From the NCBI GenBank assembly GCA_018985235.1, contig JADGIG010000003.1, forward strand, positions 1 to 64,000: a stretch of DNA of 64,000 bases. The letters run 5' to 3'. The notes under the pieces were generated by a model. It worked only from the letters and a program-made list of their open reading frames with translations. It did not search any database and had not been told where the DNA came from. Both the position numbers and the translations under genes were made by a program. The first letter of the stretch is position 1, and every line of letters starts with the position of its first letter. Shown one piece after another: positions 63,283 through 64,000 of this stretch. The DNA comes from Sanchytrium tribonematis. Taxonomy: Eukaryota.

Positions 63283-64000
63283 TCAAGATGATTTTGGGTG
63301 AGTCACATCCTCTCCCATAAGACTAGATAAACTAGATGAATATCGCTTATAATGTTGCTTTTTGGTAGTGTGAAATGAAAGTATAGCTGCCACAATGCTA
63401 GCAAACAAGGCGCCGAAAACCAAGAATAAATAATTATAATCGAAAGGAGTATCATTAGCGTCGATGTCTTTTGAATTCTCAGAATTTTTGTCTAAATGAA
63501 AATGAATTACATGATGATAGTAAAGAGTAAACATTGAAACAATTTTGCAGTGGTGACGAGATTACTAAATTAGAATCTGTGAAAGTGACTGAAGCTCCAA
63601 ATCCACTGTTTGGAGACCCATACAATTGATCTAATTTATAATACGGGAGTCCACTATTTGGTTTCAAAAATCTAGATTCGTCGGAAAAAGCTTGCCCAGG
63701 TAAGTTTCTACTTAAAATTGAAACAAAAGGCTCGATTGGATCCGTGACTATTACGAAAAGACCATTTTTCATTGAACTTATTCTTGAGCCATTAATTGAC
63801 ATTGAACTATTGTATTTTAATGAATCTCTTTCATAAAAATTAATCTTGTCGTTATTTTGGGTAATCAAATAAAAGTCATTCAGAACTGCATTTATGATAG
63901 AGGAGCTTTGCTCTACTATCCTGACCTGTTTAAGCTTGAGATTTTCAATTTTAAATTGGGTAATTTCGTTTCCGAAAGTAAATATGTCAGAGTCATCGCA
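63283..64000 (-). CDS. 3' part of an FG-GAP-like repeat single-pass membrane protein (continues beyond the window); exons >64000-63511 and 63491-63283
   Basis: Open frame to the window edge; LYG..NSGFGASV....LVISSP; the spliced last exon encodes a TM helix and short tail. Confidence 0.65.
63492..63510 (-). other. 19-nt spliceosomal intron GTAATTCATTTTCATTTAG
   Basis: Joins ORFs 63479..63868 and 63283..63534 in frame (LLSSY|KNSEN). Confidence 0.85.

Noticed and set aside
4504..63510. Programmed frameshifts, pseudogenes or assembly indels at the frame breaks
   Set aside because: Each break has GT...AG ends with a shared internal consensus, and conserved motifs are restored only by deleting the whole 19 or 20 nt.
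1..64000. tRNA, rRNA, transposons, CRISPR arrays and tandem repeats
   Set aside because: None were recognised; low-complexity stretches are coding (WASP polyproline, DnaJ G/H/F tracts, Ser runs).

Overview
This is an AT-rich, extremely gene-dense eukaryotic nuclear window with about 53 protein-coding genes in 64 kb, a standard genetic code, and intergenic gaps mostly of 1-60 bp. I found no tRNA, rRNA, transposon or CRISPR features. Gene content (Ssr4-, PalA/Rim20- and Far11-like genes, together with a CRIB-containing WASP, ITFG1/LINKIN, Era, DNMT2, a complex I subunit and a peroxin) suggests an early-diverging fungus or holomycotan; this placement is inference. The main result is a miniaturised splicing system. 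Every split ORF is repaired by removing one tiny GT-AG intron: 11 are exactly 19 nt and one is 20 nt. All 12 share GTA[A/T] at the 5' end and T-N-A-Y-N-Y-A-G at the 3' end, which places a putative branch A exactly 6 nt from the 3' end. I found one intron per gene, mostly in the 3' part. Splicing restores conserved motifs such as TPDVPSG, VGAEQLLLD, GLNLQSADTV, ATPVNW and YKDPSGKIQGPF. A shortened Prp19 and a short Dbr1 lie in the same window. Two further compaction signals recur: an orientation-independent CTCCTT(GTT)/(AAC)AAGGAG motif within about 25 bp upstream of start codons, and AATAAA fused to stop codons. Product calls come from motif recognition by eye; no database search was run.
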